A stretch of 64,000 bases of DNA from the human T2T-CHM13v2.0 reference genome, Homo sapiens: assembly GCF_009914755.1 (NCBI RefSeq), contig NC_060932.1. One strand, 5' to 3'. The position numbers and the translations under genes were made by a program. Below, one piece after another: positions 47,393-63,780 of the stretch. The notes under the pieces were generated by a model that saw only the letters and a list, made by a program, of their open reading frames with translations, did no database searches and was not told the DNA's origin. Each line of letters starts with the position of its first letter. The stretch's first letter is position 1.

Positions 47393-48864
47393 GTGCCCCC
47401 TTCAGTAGTTTAAACCCCTCCAGAGACTAAATACTCCCTGTTTTTAGTGTTCTTTGTCATGGCAAATCTCATTTGAAGAATTTGCTTTGACTGCAGCACT
47501 AAAATTAAATTCCTTTTTGTATTAAAGGTTATAGTATTGCCGTGAAGAGCTGTGGATTATCTTTTCTGTCATCTTTTCATTTGAAAAATATTCTGAAGAA
47601 TGTTCTGTCACTTCAGAATTATTCTCAGTATTGTGTGTTTCTTTCAGCGATGAGGAGTTTTCATTCATTTAACATTGGAAGAATGGTGTTGGTTTTGAGA
47701 TTGAATCTTTTCTAAACAAAATCTGAAAGATATGGTACTATAGGAAAACTAATAAAAAATTTAATAGCAAGGCTTAAATATTTTATTTAAGGCTATTTCA
47801 TTTATATCAGCGTCACATCAAATATCTCAATAGGATAAACTGTTCTTGAGGCATTCTTGGTTGGTATTAGGAGTACATTGGAATAGTACAGTTTAGACAC
47901 AGAACTGGATAAATTACTTAAAATTCTGTGAAATAATCTTTGTGATTTTTTTTTTAGAAACAAGAAAGCAATGTAATTGAAAACTCATTTTTAAGTTGTG
48001 TCTATTATACTGTGTTTCTTTCTTCTTAATAAGATATGCTTTCATGGCTCTGCTAGACCTGAATTTTTTCTTTTAATGCTTCTAATGCTGCCTTGGGTTT
48101 CTTTTTCTTTTTCTTTTTACCTTTCACATCATCAAAATAAGGGTGAAACATGATGATATGAAAGAATGAGTATTTAGCTTCTTGTCAAAAAACAATACAC
48201 TTATAGAACATGTATTGGTTGCAAATATATGCTGCTCAGGTTTGTTAAGAAACCTGTTAAAGGAACAAAATAATTTAGCAAGAATTTCATTCCCATATAG
48301 AATCACAGTTGCTGAGCGTTGCTGCATTTTAGTTATCTGCTCCAATAGAATTCTGCATATTTTCCAATTTAAAAGTTTCATAATGTTTCATTTCTTTTAT
48401 TTTCTAATATTATTATGTTTTATATATTAAAATAAAATTAATATTAAAAAGTAAGCACCAATAGAATATATTGTGCAGTAGTAAGCTTTATTTTTACTTA
48501 GTTAACATTCTTATCGTTTTAAGAATACCAGTGAAATCATTTCCACCAAGCAAAAAAGCATGTATTCTTTGTAATGCAACACATTAATCTAATTTAAAAA
48601 ATAAATTTATGAACAAATTAACAGTAAAATTTATTGTTTGGTCCAAGTAGATGAAAAAAATTAAATGTTTAGAAAGTTATAAAAAGAAAGCATTTAAAAA
48701 AATGGTAACGTTTGTCAGTGAAACAAATACATGCACAACTCACAGAAAATAGTTATTTTTTTTTATTCTACTATTCTTTACATTAAAATTTTGGCACCCA
48801 GGAAGTTTTGTTCATTATTTTTGACAAATTTTGTGTTAGCATGAAAGAATTCTATTTTAAATAG

Positions 48865-48867
<3 letters not shown>

Positions 48868-48910
<43 letters not shown>
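48868..48910. repeat. (CA)n microsatellite, ~21 units
   Basis: Direct observation. Confidence 0.97.
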
Positions 48911-48911
<1 letters not shown>

Positions 48912-49247
48912 CGCAAGCCAGCTAGCTGACTTTTGCCCTTCAAGGGCTTAATTAAAGATGCATGCAACTATCTTCTTTACACAGAAATATGGGGATTTAT
49001 CATTCCTACCAGTCGTTCCTCATGTAGTGGATGAGAAAACGTCTGCTTATATTGTTATAAAATCTTTTCCTACATTGGCTACATCATAGATATTAGATAT
49101 GGGCCATCTTTTGCCCTATAAAATCTTAAGGTTAAAGATTTAGCCACATTTTCTACGATATAAAGCTTTATTTATCTGAAAAGTCTGACAATTTTGAAAG
49201 CATGTCACAAGTTTACATTAATGCACTACCTCTATTTACTGTTTTAG

Positions 49248-49373
49248 ATTACTACAAGGGAAGACATAAATTCAAAGCAGGTTGCTACAGTGAAAGCAGA
49301 CCTGGAGTCTGAATCTTTTCGACCAAACCTAAGTGATCCCAGTGAACTTTTACTGCCAGATCAAATTGAAAAG
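49248..49373 (+). CDS. OXR1: OXR1 coding exon (ITTREDINSKQ...LLLPDQIEK; entry into TLDc domain)
   Basis: ttttag acceptor, GTATGA donor; 126 nt, phase 0/0. Confidence 0.95.
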
Positions 49374-50109
49374 GTATGACATGCTCACATATGTGCATTT
49401 CTGAGTGTGAGTGTGTACCCATGAGAGTAAAACAGCCTCTTTTTAGTTGTTTCTGAAGCAACAGCGTTAATGCTATTACTATTCCACTCCAGTGAAAAGA
49501 AAGAGTAAGCAAAACATAGCAACTAGTGTTAATTAAGATGTTAGGAGATTTAGGTAAGCAGACACTAAAAGCCAATATTTGTTTTATTGTTGTGTGCTTG
49601 TTACTTGCTTTATGTGGATTATTTCATGTAGTTGTTACAACAGCTGTAGAAATTGGATGCTCTTATTATGCACATTTTTTATTAAGTTAAAAAATCGGGA
49701 GCACAGAGCGATTAACTTGTTCAAGGTCACACAGGGAGAAGTATTAAAGCTTGATTCCTAACTTGGATAGTCTGTCTCCCTAGCCTATTATTTAAGAGAT
49801 ATTTTAATAATCAAGCTAATAGTCTATCAAGTATTTTTGTTAATTCAATATGGAAGGCAAAAGCATTAAGTAATCTATGTTTCTTATCTCTGTTCTAATC
49901 TGTGTCTGGTTCAGGGTGATTCTTTATTTTCCTAATAGACAATTAATATTTTATTCTGAGAAATGTGTAATACTTTTCAATCATCTTAGTATCTTTGAGA
50001 ATAATAATTTCTACTGTTAATTTATTTTTATAGCCTATATTATATAGGCACCATTACATTCCAGCTGGCATTAGTATTCTACATAATGAACAACAAGCTA
50101 TCAAGTAAA

Positions 50110-50116
50110 TACTAAC
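50110..50116 (+). promoter_or_regulatory. Perfect TACTAAC branch-point (also QKI/SF1-type motif) upstream of the exon at 50133
   Basis: TACTAAC with branch A at -18 from the exon start. Confidence 0.7.
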
Positions 50117-50132
50117 ACTTTGTTTTCTAAAG

Positions 50133-50285
50133 CTTACCAAGCATCTTCCACCAAGAACAATTGGCTATCCATGGACTCTTGTTTATGGTACTGGAAAACA
50201 TGGCACAAGCTTGAAAACTCTTTATCGAACAATGACAGGTTTAGACACCCCAGTGCTGATGGTGATTAAAGACAGTGATGGACAG
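50133..50285 (+). CDS. OXR1: OXR1 TLDc exon (LTKHLPPRTIGYPWTLVYGTGKHGTSLKTLY...IKDSDGQ)
   Basis: aag acceptor, GTATGA donor; 153 nt; W-x-L-x-Y...HG-x-S TLDc motif. Confidence 0.97.
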
Positions 50286-52011
50286 GTATGAAACACCAAC
50301 TGCATAGATTGCTTATCCTTTAAGAGCAGTAACAGTAACTTTTAGCATATTTATTTGATAAACATTACTTTATTAGTGCATTTTATTGTTTAACTGATAA
50401 TTACTGGGTACTTTTAATATGCAAGGCAATGTTGAGTATTACAGAGGATAGATATGAGCATGATGATTAAGAATTACTGCCTTCAAAGGGATTATAGAGT
50501 GGTAGAAAAGAACATTTGCACATACCAACATCTCTAATGGTGGGGAAAATGGTAGGTTTCTTAGAACCTAGAAAAAGTGAGGAAATAAGAATGAGGTTCA
50601 TGGGAAAGGTAGAAATTGACAGAATCTTGAATAATGGGTGAAGTTTTGATTAAAGATAATTGTTTGAAGGTGATAGCCAGAACAAAAGCACAAATAAGAG
50701 TAATATTGGTTTGTTCTTCAAACAGCAAGTTCAAGTCAGTTGTAATTGGAAACTAATGAGAAGGTAAAATAGCAATATTAGAACAAAACACTGGTATTAC
50801 TAACACTTTTAGTGTTTTATGTGTCAGGAACTTGACTAATCACTTATGCATTATGTTATTTAATCATGAAAGCCCTATGAGATTGATACTGTTATCTTTA
50901 TATTAAAGAATGAGTCAACTATGACATAAGCTCATCAACTTGCCCAAGGTTACATACCCAAGAAAAAGTATTTGCACCAATGAAAATGAATGAACTGCTG
51001 CTACATGCCATGGCATAAATGAATGTCACAAACATAATATTGAATTAGAAATCAAACACCAGAGAGTAACTTTCTTATGATTTCATTTATAGAAAGTTTT
51101 ATCAGTGGGCCAAATGAATCTATAGTGGTATTAGGCTAGTAACTCCTTCAGGTAGTTGAGACTATTGATGAGAGGAAGCACAAAGAGAGCTTCTAGAACT
51201 AGTAGTGTTCTGTTTCTTGGTCTGAATGAATGTTGCATGGGACTTTGCCATGTGATAGTTCTAAACTGAGCTATGTGTTTATGTTTTGTGTACTTTTCTA
51301 TAATGTATATGTAAAATAACCTTTCAATAAGGAAATATTTTCAAAATTAAGACTATAAAGATAGAATGTCAGGATAGACAGTGACTGTACAGATTATCTG
51401 TCAGACTCTCTGCACTCCCATTTCTGATGTGGAAACTTCAGCCCATAACACTGAAATTACTTGGTCAATCTCTTATTCATCAATTTTCTCATTAGGGTAC
51501 TGTGTGTCTTGTATAAGATCATGCACAGGGTTAAAGGACAAAACAATTCACACATAACACCTGCCCTCATGGAATTTACTGTATAATGATAAAGAAAAAA
51601 TATCATATTTTAAAAGTGATAGAATGTTTCCCTATACTGAAGGACTTATTTTATTAAGCACCGCAATCCCATAGCATCATGTTATCCATATCATACATAC
51701 ATTGTACATATAAGTCGTCCTGAAATGTGTTAACCACTTTTTAAGATTGTCTGCTTAATTACTTTAAATAAAATCCCAAAATTTAAAAACTAGGAAAAAA
51801 TCTGTATTTCCATTGAAAAACCAATATACTTCATATTTGACAATAATGTAAATTATATAGCAGCTAACCATTTTTCCCTTTTTAAGTATGATTAGATTAA
51901 ACTATACCAGATTTCTATTTTTTGCATTTTATTTAAACATATATGATGAAATAATGCTTACTGGAATAAATTTGTTAGTCGTGTCATTGAATATGCCTTT
52001 TTTATCCTTAG

Positions 52012-52107
52012 GTTTTTGGTGCGTTAGCATCTGAGCCACTGAAAGTGAGTGATGGCTTTTATGGTACTGGAGAGACCTTTGTTTTTACATTCTGTCCGGA
52101 GTTTGAG
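52012..52107 (+). CDS. OXR1: OXR1 TLDc exon (VFGALASEPLKVSDGFYGTGETFVFTFCPEFE)
   Basis: cttag acceptor, GTAAGA donor; 96 nt; FG and YGTGETFVF TLDc motifs. Confidence 0.97.
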
Positions 52108-52153
52108 GTAAGAACCACTATTTCAATATTTTATTTATAAAGAGGTGACATAA

Positions 52154-54016
<1,863 letters not shown>

Positions 54017-55578
54017 AAAGAGATGGCATAAATGAAAAAACCATGCACTTTGGAGTCATGCAAGTTGCATCTGTCCCCTATCTTTGCCTTTTACTCCCTG
54101 GTAACTTTTCTTTGACCATTTTGAACTTCAACTTTCCTGTAGATAGAATGAGGAATCATAAAATATGGCATGATCATTTAATAATTAAATGAGGATCATT
54201 TATATATAATACTTGGGATGGCACCAAACACAAATTATGGACTTAGTAAAGAATATACATTATCATTACTATTCTGTTTACAAATTGTCATTGTGAAATT
54301 TCCAGAAACATTTAATGACTAAGCTTAATGATGTAAGTCATGAAAGCATAAAAAATAAATTATTTGGATTTAAATAACAAGTTATTGACTGGTTTCTTTT
54401 TCTTTACCTGTGTGGCTTTACTGTGGCTTGACTAACACAAATTGAATACATTCTCATGCCAATAAAATCTAAAATGTAAAGGTATAAATGAATTTTAGTG
54501 AATGTGTGACTATTCTTAAAACATTGAGTGCAATATTAGTATCTCGGGCACATTGGAGTGTGGCATGTAAAACCTTCATTTTAATCTCAAGAAAAGGAAT
54601 CAACACCATTGGTTATAAAAATAAATGAAGAAAATAGGAACGATTTGGTAACACAATAAAAATTCTTTTAGCAAATTTGTACTTAACTAGCTCACCAGAA
54701 TAACCAATGCTTTTCATTCCTTCCATAAAATATGTCAACTGATAGCAACAGCTACTTGAAAGCTTGTAGTTATTACAGATTTTCTAAGCATCAGTGGTGC
54801 CTATTCTCAAACTTTTTATGTTACTGCTACCTGATAAGTGTAATAATGTAGTCAATTAAATGTTACATAACTATGAAAAACGAGTGCTAAAAGAAAGTTT
54901 TATTGAAAACTGTAATGAACACATTTTAAAAACTTGATAAAAGTAAGTTGCTAGAAATTGCTACTATGTTAGGTTTAGGTAAAACACCCATAAAAGGTTA
55001 GAAAAAGATATTTAAGAATATTCATGTCTAGTTTGCTCTTGGATTTCTCAAATGATTTTAAGTTCTCACTGTTTAAAGAAATTGAAACTGAAAATCATAA
55101 ATACCCATTATGGTCATGGTTTATTTAAGAACTGTGATCAGTAAATATATATGCAAAGAAAAGGCCTTGGCCCTATGTTAAAATATTATCCAATTAACAT
55201 ACATTTCTGTTTAATGGTAAAAGTTAATGGCATTTGTGTCCGATTTTTTTTCAACTCATTTACTTCTTTCTCAATTTTTTCTATTAACCGTCCAACTCTT
55301 GGTGTCTGTAGAGTCAGGAGAAAGAAGTATGTGTGAAAAGTTAACAAAATTTTGAGAAATTGGAATTGAAAGTTAAGTGATAGAGTGTGTGCTTTCAAAT
55401 TTAGTCATATAAACACTGAAACCCAAACCACCAGAGCCTTCTGTGCGGAGCTTTTTGTGGTGTTCTTATTCTTATACTGCCAGTCTTGGCTTTGTTAACT
55501 CGTTTGAGTTTTGGAGAACTAACTCTCTATAATAACCATTTCATCTATATATTTAAAGCTTTTTTTAAATTTATATAG

Positions 55579-55652
55579 GTCTTTAAGTGGACAGGAGATA
55601 ATATGTTTTTTATCAAAGGAGACATGGATTCACTAGCTTTCGGTGGTGGAGG
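55579..55652 (+). CDS. OXR1: OXR1 TLDc exon (VFKWTGDNMFFIKGDMDSLAFGGG)
   Basis: tatag acceptor, GTAAGT donor; 74 nt, phase 0/2. Confidence 0.96.
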
Positions 55653-56959
55653 GTAAGTCTCTTGAACATTTCACTATGAGATTTTTGAAGAACTTTAAAA
55701 ATGCATTTGGATTATTTATAAATTCAGTTGTCTTTAGAAAGTGTTGACGTTAGAATTCAAATTTGTATATTATGAAAAAGAGAGTATAATGTATTTGCAA
55801 GAAGTAGCTCAAGTGTAGTTATTGAAACTATTGATGGAGTATTTGTTTCTTCATTTTAAAATACTGTTCAGTTTATTCACTGTTTATTAAGACCCATCTT
55901 TTTCTTTAGAGCACAGTGGCTCTTTGATAATATAAAGGGAAATATCTCAGTACCTTTGAACTTCTCTAATTTTTAAATAACTGTGATGGAATATTTTATT
56001 TCTCCCAATGCATAGAACAAGTCCAATTGTTTTCATGTTATTCTACTCTGGAGACCATTTGGAATGATATTTTAGACAATAATGGAAATGGGTATTTCTG
56101 CAGAAAATTGTAGGGACCCCTCAAGTTTTCAGGGGTTTTTGCTTGCTTGTTTTTTAACAATTATGAATCAGACAATAATGTGATTATCTTGGCATTGCAA
56201 GTACTGTGAGGAGCTTTGTTTTTTATTTGGTATCCCAGCCTCCTTTAATCTTTGCATTGTTGGGAGGTAGGCTGCTCTGGTCCCACCTAGCCTGGGCTTA
56301 GCAAGCAACAACTCCTTCCTTTGGTATTTCTGTCTTTCAGTATTAGACATGGGTATGCTAAATAATTTTCAGACTTGTAAAAGTGTTACATTATTTGTAT
56401 CCCACAGTTGAGGATATATAATGATAATTTATTCAGACCACCAAAGAATATTCATCATCCCAGGTTATTCTATTATTAACAAATTTTCTTACAACTTCTC
56501 TGTAAGTAGGTGTTTGGAGGATATAAGTAGGGTGATTAAAAAGTGATCATGGTTATTGTAGCCTTCTCTGTTAGTTTTAGTTGTTGAACTCAGCATGTAT
56601 TTACATGGTCCAATTATACCTTTTGGGGGGGGTATCATTCAGCCCTCCCCTAAACAGTAGTCTTACATGTGATTCTGTTAGCTCTCCAACAGGTCCACTC
56701 AATCTAGTGGCTTATAATTTCAAGATTTTATGGGTGCTTTAAGTCTTCAAAAATGTCATACACAATGCCATTAGATGTCTGCTGGAACTAGATTTTATTG
56801 TACAACATGATTTCACCAAGCTAGAGTAACCACTGGGTTATTTGATAATAAATTAATATAAGTTTTCAGTGTTTAAAGGAGAGTACAGCTTCAGAAAGCA
56901 GAAACTACAGGGAGTTGATATTCCAGAATTCCAAGGGAAAAGCACCCCAAAAGAAAAAT

Positions 56960-57200
56960 GATGTAGTGGACTTAATGTAGGCTTTGGAGTCCAATAGACA
57001 TGATTCAGATTCTCACTTCAACATATGCTGTATGTGGTACCTTGAGCAAACTCCTTAACAAATCTAAACTTTCCTTAGCTATAAATTGGAGATTAAACCA
57101 GTTTTGTAGAGAGATTATAAGGAATTCACAAGGATATAATTTTTGTGCAAATCCTAGTATAGTATCTGGCATATAGTAAGTACTCAACAACTGATAGCCA
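56960..57200 (+). mobile_element. MIR SINE relic (others at ~3370-3560, 11800-12000, 12480-12560, 37560-37760, 38880-39110, 49570-49790, 50790-50960)
   Basis: MIR core phrases (ggctttggagtc, accttgagcaa, catatagtaagtactcaa; attttacagatgaagaaa, ttgcccaaggtcaca). Confidence 0.6.
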
Positions 57201-58383
57201 CCTAAACTGATAGCCACCTTTACTCATTTTCTTTCATCCAACATGATCTGTTCCCTTCTGATACCAGGAAGAATTCTGCCTGCAGTATCATTGGCTGCAT
57301 GAGCTATAAGACATTAATTAAAGATTTAGAAGACTACTTTTATTCCTTCCACTTCCTTAGCCATTCTCTTTTCAGAAAGTCGTATGAATCATCTTTGAAA
57401 GCATTGCTCATATAAAAATACACTTTCTGGCTTTCTGGGTGTTTCACCTGGGACAGATCTGTAACCTCTTAAATACATTTACTTAAATATTTGGATATCA
57501 CATACCTTTTTGAAATGCTGATGAAATGCAGAGGTACCCATTGTCCTAAAATGAATATACAAATAATCCAATTTTATATGTGATATTAAGAAATTGACAA
57601 AAATGTTGAAAGCTTCTACTCAGGGCTTCAGAAAATTCAGGTTACCTTGGAAAAAACTATTCATACTTGGTAATAAAACTTACTGCAGCATCAGTGACAT
57701 TCATGAATCTTGAAGGTCAATTTTGAGGTACTACTTAGATGCAGTCATCTGAGATTACAACTAGATGTCTTAATCTTTTATTAACCCTTTCATATTTAGC
57801 AGAAGGTTTTTATGAGCAAGTCTGACCCTTTCATATTCTCCTTTCTAATAGATTGGCTATGATAGTCTATTCGCGCTTTTAAGGCTCATGGATTCAGATA
57901 TCTCTTTAAAGGCATGTTGTTGCCAGTAGAGTTAGAGTCTCTAGAAGTCTATTGTCATAAGACCATAAACTTTTTAATTCAAATGCGTTTCTAATTTATC
58001 TCTGTATTTTCCAGTGCCAGTGTCTGAAACATGATAAATGCACATTTAAAGTTGAACAAATTAGACAAATATGAATTTCAATTTGAACCTTAACAAATGA
58101 TGGCTTCCTCATGGGACAGGGGGCATTTTGGGGACGATATAGTTTTGCAGTGCTTCTGTATCACAGACTCTGGATTGTTATGATTTTCAGGGTGTTCTTG
58201 TATCTTAGCAAAGTCCCATTTTCATTTATAGAAGAGGTTCATCAGAACGTCATCACTGGTTATCCCATTACAGTTTTTTTGTACTGTCAACTCTCTTCTT
58301 GAGTGACACTGGATGATCTCTTTACCTGGTCATTGTGAATTACTATACTGATCTGTCTTTTCTGTTTTGTTGTGAAGTACCAA

Positions 58384-58698
<315 letters not shown>

Positions 58699-58889
58699 CC
58701 AACTCTTAAAGGAACCATTCTACATGGTCACTGTAGCCACCTTCTCTACTTAGAAACACATCTCTATACTTAAAATTTGTATATGTAATTAATATACATT
58801 ATATATTTGATGCTGTTTTTTATTACAGAGTATAAATAAATAGTTCCTTTCTTTTGTTCTAAGATAGTGTTAAAAATAGATCAGTTCCA

Positions 58890-59189
<300 letters not shown>

Positions 59190-60131
59190 TAGGTCAGTTC
59201 CTCTCCCACACAAGTCAGTTAACTCTGTAATGCCATGTGACTCCTGATGGCAAGCCTGAAGGTCAGAGGTTATAGCCATCCAAATTATAGAGTTGTGTAA
59301 GTCTTTACAATTACCTAATATGCTTTTCTTTTTTGTGTGTTTTAATATAATTGACAAACTCTACCCCAGAGAGGTTAAGTGACTTAACTAAGTTTGACAT
59401 AAGTTGTGGCCACTGAGTTGACAGACAAGTCTTGATCCCAGACCAGTTTTTTTCTTTCAATGAAATATAACTGCCCATATTTTTTAAAAAAGCCTCCGCC
59501 TCCTAAACTCTGGCTCAATTCTGCTGACTTGATATATTACTTTAGATTTAGAGAATCCCAAGGGATAGCTCTCTGGATATTATGTTAATTAATAGTCTTT
59601 GCCCCCTCTCCTCTTCTATTAGGTAGGAAAACATTTTCTAGAGAATAGAAAGAAGTCCTCTCATAACCTGGTGTTTTCCCCTCTCGGTTATGTATTAGAT
59701 AATTAGATAAATTGGACCTTATAATCTATCTGTTAAGTTCCTGTTATACCTAGATTATATCTTGGTTCTTCTGCTTGAATCTCAACATCACATATTTGTC
59801 CATTTAAAGTCCTTTCAAACTGAGCTCTTTTGCAAACAGCTTCCTATGCAGGAAACCAGAGTTATTTACTAGGTCCTTAACATGAATCCCCAAATTTTAT
59901 TTTAGATGATACTGAATTTTTGTGCCTTTGCGAAAGTCATGTTAAATATGTTAAAACCATACCGAAAAGATAAACACACACATACACAAAAAAAAAACCA
60001 TACTAAAAAAAATACCCAAAGAAAAACTCATAATACCAGGCAAAAAATTACAGCGTAGTACCTGTCTCAAAAGCTAATCCTATATAAAGTTCATTATAGA
60101 GGACACTGTTCCTGGTCTGTATCATAAATAA

Positions 60132-60459
<328 letters not shown>

Positions 60460-60635
60460 CATAAATAATTTTTTAATGGAATAGGAGTAAAACAAAATTG
60501 TGTCAGTGTGGAAAGGAGTAGGGAAGGATTTGAGAAAATTAATAACTTTAGGGTTGTTAGGTATTCAAAGTCTCATTTAAATTGTTTTATAACTTAAGGC
60601 ATAAATATTAACAGATTATTATTTATGTATTGCAG

Positions 60636-60771
60636 AGGAGAATTTGCGCTTTGGCTTGATGGAGATCTCTACCATGGAAGAAGCCATTCTTGTAAAACGT
60701 TTGGGAATCGTACACTTTCTAAGAAGGAAGATTTCTTTATCCAAGATATTGAAATCTGGGCTTTTGAATAA
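60636..60771 (+). CDS. OXR1: OXR1 last coding exon (GEFALWLDGDLYHGRSHSCKTFGN...DIEIWAFE*)
   Basis: tgcag acceptor, phase 2 matches the previous exon; TLDc C-terminal motif E-I-W; TAA at 60769-60771. Confidence 0.97.
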
Positions 60772-62520
60772 ATAAAATGCTCTCTGTCTTAGCAGGAGAA
60801 TGGCCCAAACCTGACATGGACAAGCATTGTTTGGAAAGTTCAAGAAGCAATACAGTGTAACATGTCACTTGTGCTTTAAAATTAGTCTGTATCACCATTT
60901 ATTACAGTTATAATTTTGGAGTTTATTTTTCAAATCATGTTCTTGTCCCAGAGTTCTTTAGGTTAACACTAGGGACTGCGTCCATGTACTAGTATAACAG
61001 CTTGGGTTTGTTAGAATTTGGGCAACATTTTGATTATAATGACAACTTCATTTTCACATGTTAGTCAGTTCCCTAATAGGATGGTGCTCTTTTGTTGAAC
61101 CTGTATTGATTTTTTTTTTTTTAACTATATTGATTCGTTTACTAGAACAGTCTAATTGGGGCATTGAGGAAATGAAGACTGGATACTTCTGTATCTGTGA
61201 AGTTGGCACAGGTAACATTTGGACATGTTCATCTTATTCTTAGGAAGGAAAAAATCACTTGCCAAAATAATACATACTTCATAGACCACTGAGTTCTAGT
61301 TTTTATTCACACTACAACATTCTCTTTAACGATGTTGCAGGTATTCTCAATTTCCTTTTAAGAAAAATGAAATGTGAGGAGAATTCTGGTTGTAATAGAT
61401 GACAGTACATATGATCTGCAGGTTTGGGCGTATGCTTTCATCATTAAATTATCTGATAAAGTTACAAGTCACAAAGGAGAATGAGAACTTAATGATTCTA
61501 TTGGATTTAATATATTAGCAAGAAAACATGCTATTTACATATGTGTAGCTTAGTAAGGCATTAACATAAGTACAAAAACTATGAAACAGATGCATATTTC
61601 CTCAACATACTGTGTCAGGTATACTGTTTTATAATTTGGTTGTTTTAGCCTTATTGCACACCAACTCCCAAAATATAGGTTACTCTTGTTCAAAAGGAAA
61701 AAAAAAATTGTGATTTTCTTTGAGTGGTATATGTTATTAATTACCATTAGCATTTGCTCTTATAAAGGGCAATGATTATAGTAGACAATATTGTAACTCA
61801 GTAGACTTGTTGAATATGCAAACTTACTGTCAAGTGACCTCAAAAAAAAAATGAAAAGATAGAATACACTAGTAGTTCTTATCCTCTTTTGTAGGAAACC
61901 AATAATAGCCATTGTGGCAATAATTCATCAGTTGATTTTAAAGCTTCATGTTATGCAAAAAAGAATCCTGCTGTTATACATGTGACAGTGACTTTGTGCT
62001 GAAATTTCAGCTATTCCAGATAAACATTGTATATCTTGTAAATTAATGTTTAAAGGTAGTTTTGTTCTTACAGAAAGTGTTGATTGCCAGGTTGCTTATA
62101 GCACTTTAAGTTATTCTAAAAATGAAATTATAAGCCAAATATTTGGCTTAAGTAGATTTAGTTGTATAGCACTTACATATTTAGTTCTTTTGAAAGTTTA
62201 GATAATTATTTAAAGAAAGCATAATGCTAATGGAAAAGAAAATCTGATGTTCTATTATAATATGCTATTGCTGAATATGAATAGAAATACAGGGCATCAT
62301 TTCCTTGTCTCATTATAAGTTAGTAACAATATATAGATTAAATGTTTACAATATAGGGAATTGTAAATAAATATATCAGTTTTTTTCCCCTTCGGTCTTC
62401 CACAGCAGTATTATTGTCTTTGTGGAGTTGACTAATGATAATTTAAAAATCCTGTAATGGATTTCTACTAAAATAAGGTCATAGTGGCATATACCAAATA
62501 AAATCAAATACAGAAATACA
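60772..62520 (+). other. OXR1: OXR1 3'UTR (~1.75 kb; end approximate)
   Basis: Repeat-free AU-rich stretch after the stop, ending near AATAAA signals. Confidence 0.75.
62497..62502 (+). terminator. Likely distal polyadenylation signal AATAAA (second candidate at 62366-62371)
   Basis: AATAAA with T/GT-rich sequence downstream and an upstream TGTA element. Confidence 0.65.
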
Positions 62521-63780
62521 AATGAGTTTGGATTTATTGAATACTCATTTTCTTAACAAGTCTTTGATTAAGCCTACTACTATCTTTTTTTTTTTAATGC
62601 TTCTAATAGCTTACATTGTGGTGGTGGTGGTCATGGTGTTAGGAGTAATAGTGATAGGAGAATGCATTCAATTAGAGGGAGCATTACATTTTTTAAAATG
62701 GAGATGGGAGAAGGCACTTGACACATGGGAAAGTGTAAGTTATTTGATATTTTTAAAGTACATTGTTTTCATTTTGGGTGGAGAATGCATAACAAGCTAA
62801 GCCCCTTATCATAAACAGTTATGTGTGTGCAATGCCAAGAAATTTTGATATTTTGTATCCCGTAGGTTCAGTTAACATTTGAGAGGAGGAATGACATGAT
62901 CAGGTGTATACTTTAGGAAAATATCTGTGAAAAATAGATGAGTAGAAGGAACAACTAGAGACAAGGGGAAAACAAGCCTTTTATAAAGTCCAGAAAAAAA
63001 ATGATTAGGCCCGAATAAGAACAGTGGTAATGGTAATAAGGAAGCATGGATTTGGAAAGGATTTATGAGTTAGGATGAACAGGAGTTGATTATTGATTGG
63101 ATGTCAGAAAAAGTTAAAGATAGCTCCCAGGATTTTGATTTAAGAGTTTAGTTGTATTATTTATCAAGATGGGCAAGGTACATAGAGGAAAAACAAAAAA
63201 AAGCAGGTGGCAAAATGAAGTTAGTCGTGGACTTTATGAGAGTATGATGTGAGAAACAGGAGAATAAACTTTTTGGGAGTAGGACATTTTATATACTATT
63301 CTGAAAGATGAACTTTAAAAGTCAACAAAAAACAATAAAACTCTTTCACTTTTTATATGCAAACAAATATGAAATTTATGTATTACCATTTGTAATACCA
63401 TTGAAAATATCAGATATATAACAAAGTGAAGACCAAAATAGGAAGGATATACCATATTCATTACTGGCAGACAATATTGATTAAAAGATATCAGTTCTCT
63501 TAAATTATATTGACAGTGAAAATCTCACCCAGGCTTATTTTTTGGAAATTAAACTGATTGTAGAGTTTATATGGAAATGTAAAATCAAAGAATAGCTAAG
63601 CCATCATGGAAGAATTGAGTGTCTGGTCTTCAGTATCAGATAATCATGATTTATTAGAAAGCTGAGTAAGAAAGACAATATATTGGTCAAAAGTTCAGAA
63701 AGAAACTGATTTCTGAAGAAGGTGATACTGCTGTCTGCTCAGTAAAGAAGACAGTCTGTTCAATAAAAGATGGTGGATTA

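Noticed and set aside
48095-48345. Possible extra microexon after a long pyrimidine tract with YCAY motifs
   Set aside because: The candidate acceptors tested lead to in-frame stops within a few codons and no good donor was found; unsupported without RNA data.
54700-55300. Possible ancient Tigger-like transposase remnant
   Set aside because: Only an impression of similarity; no terminal repeats or frame could be established by eye.
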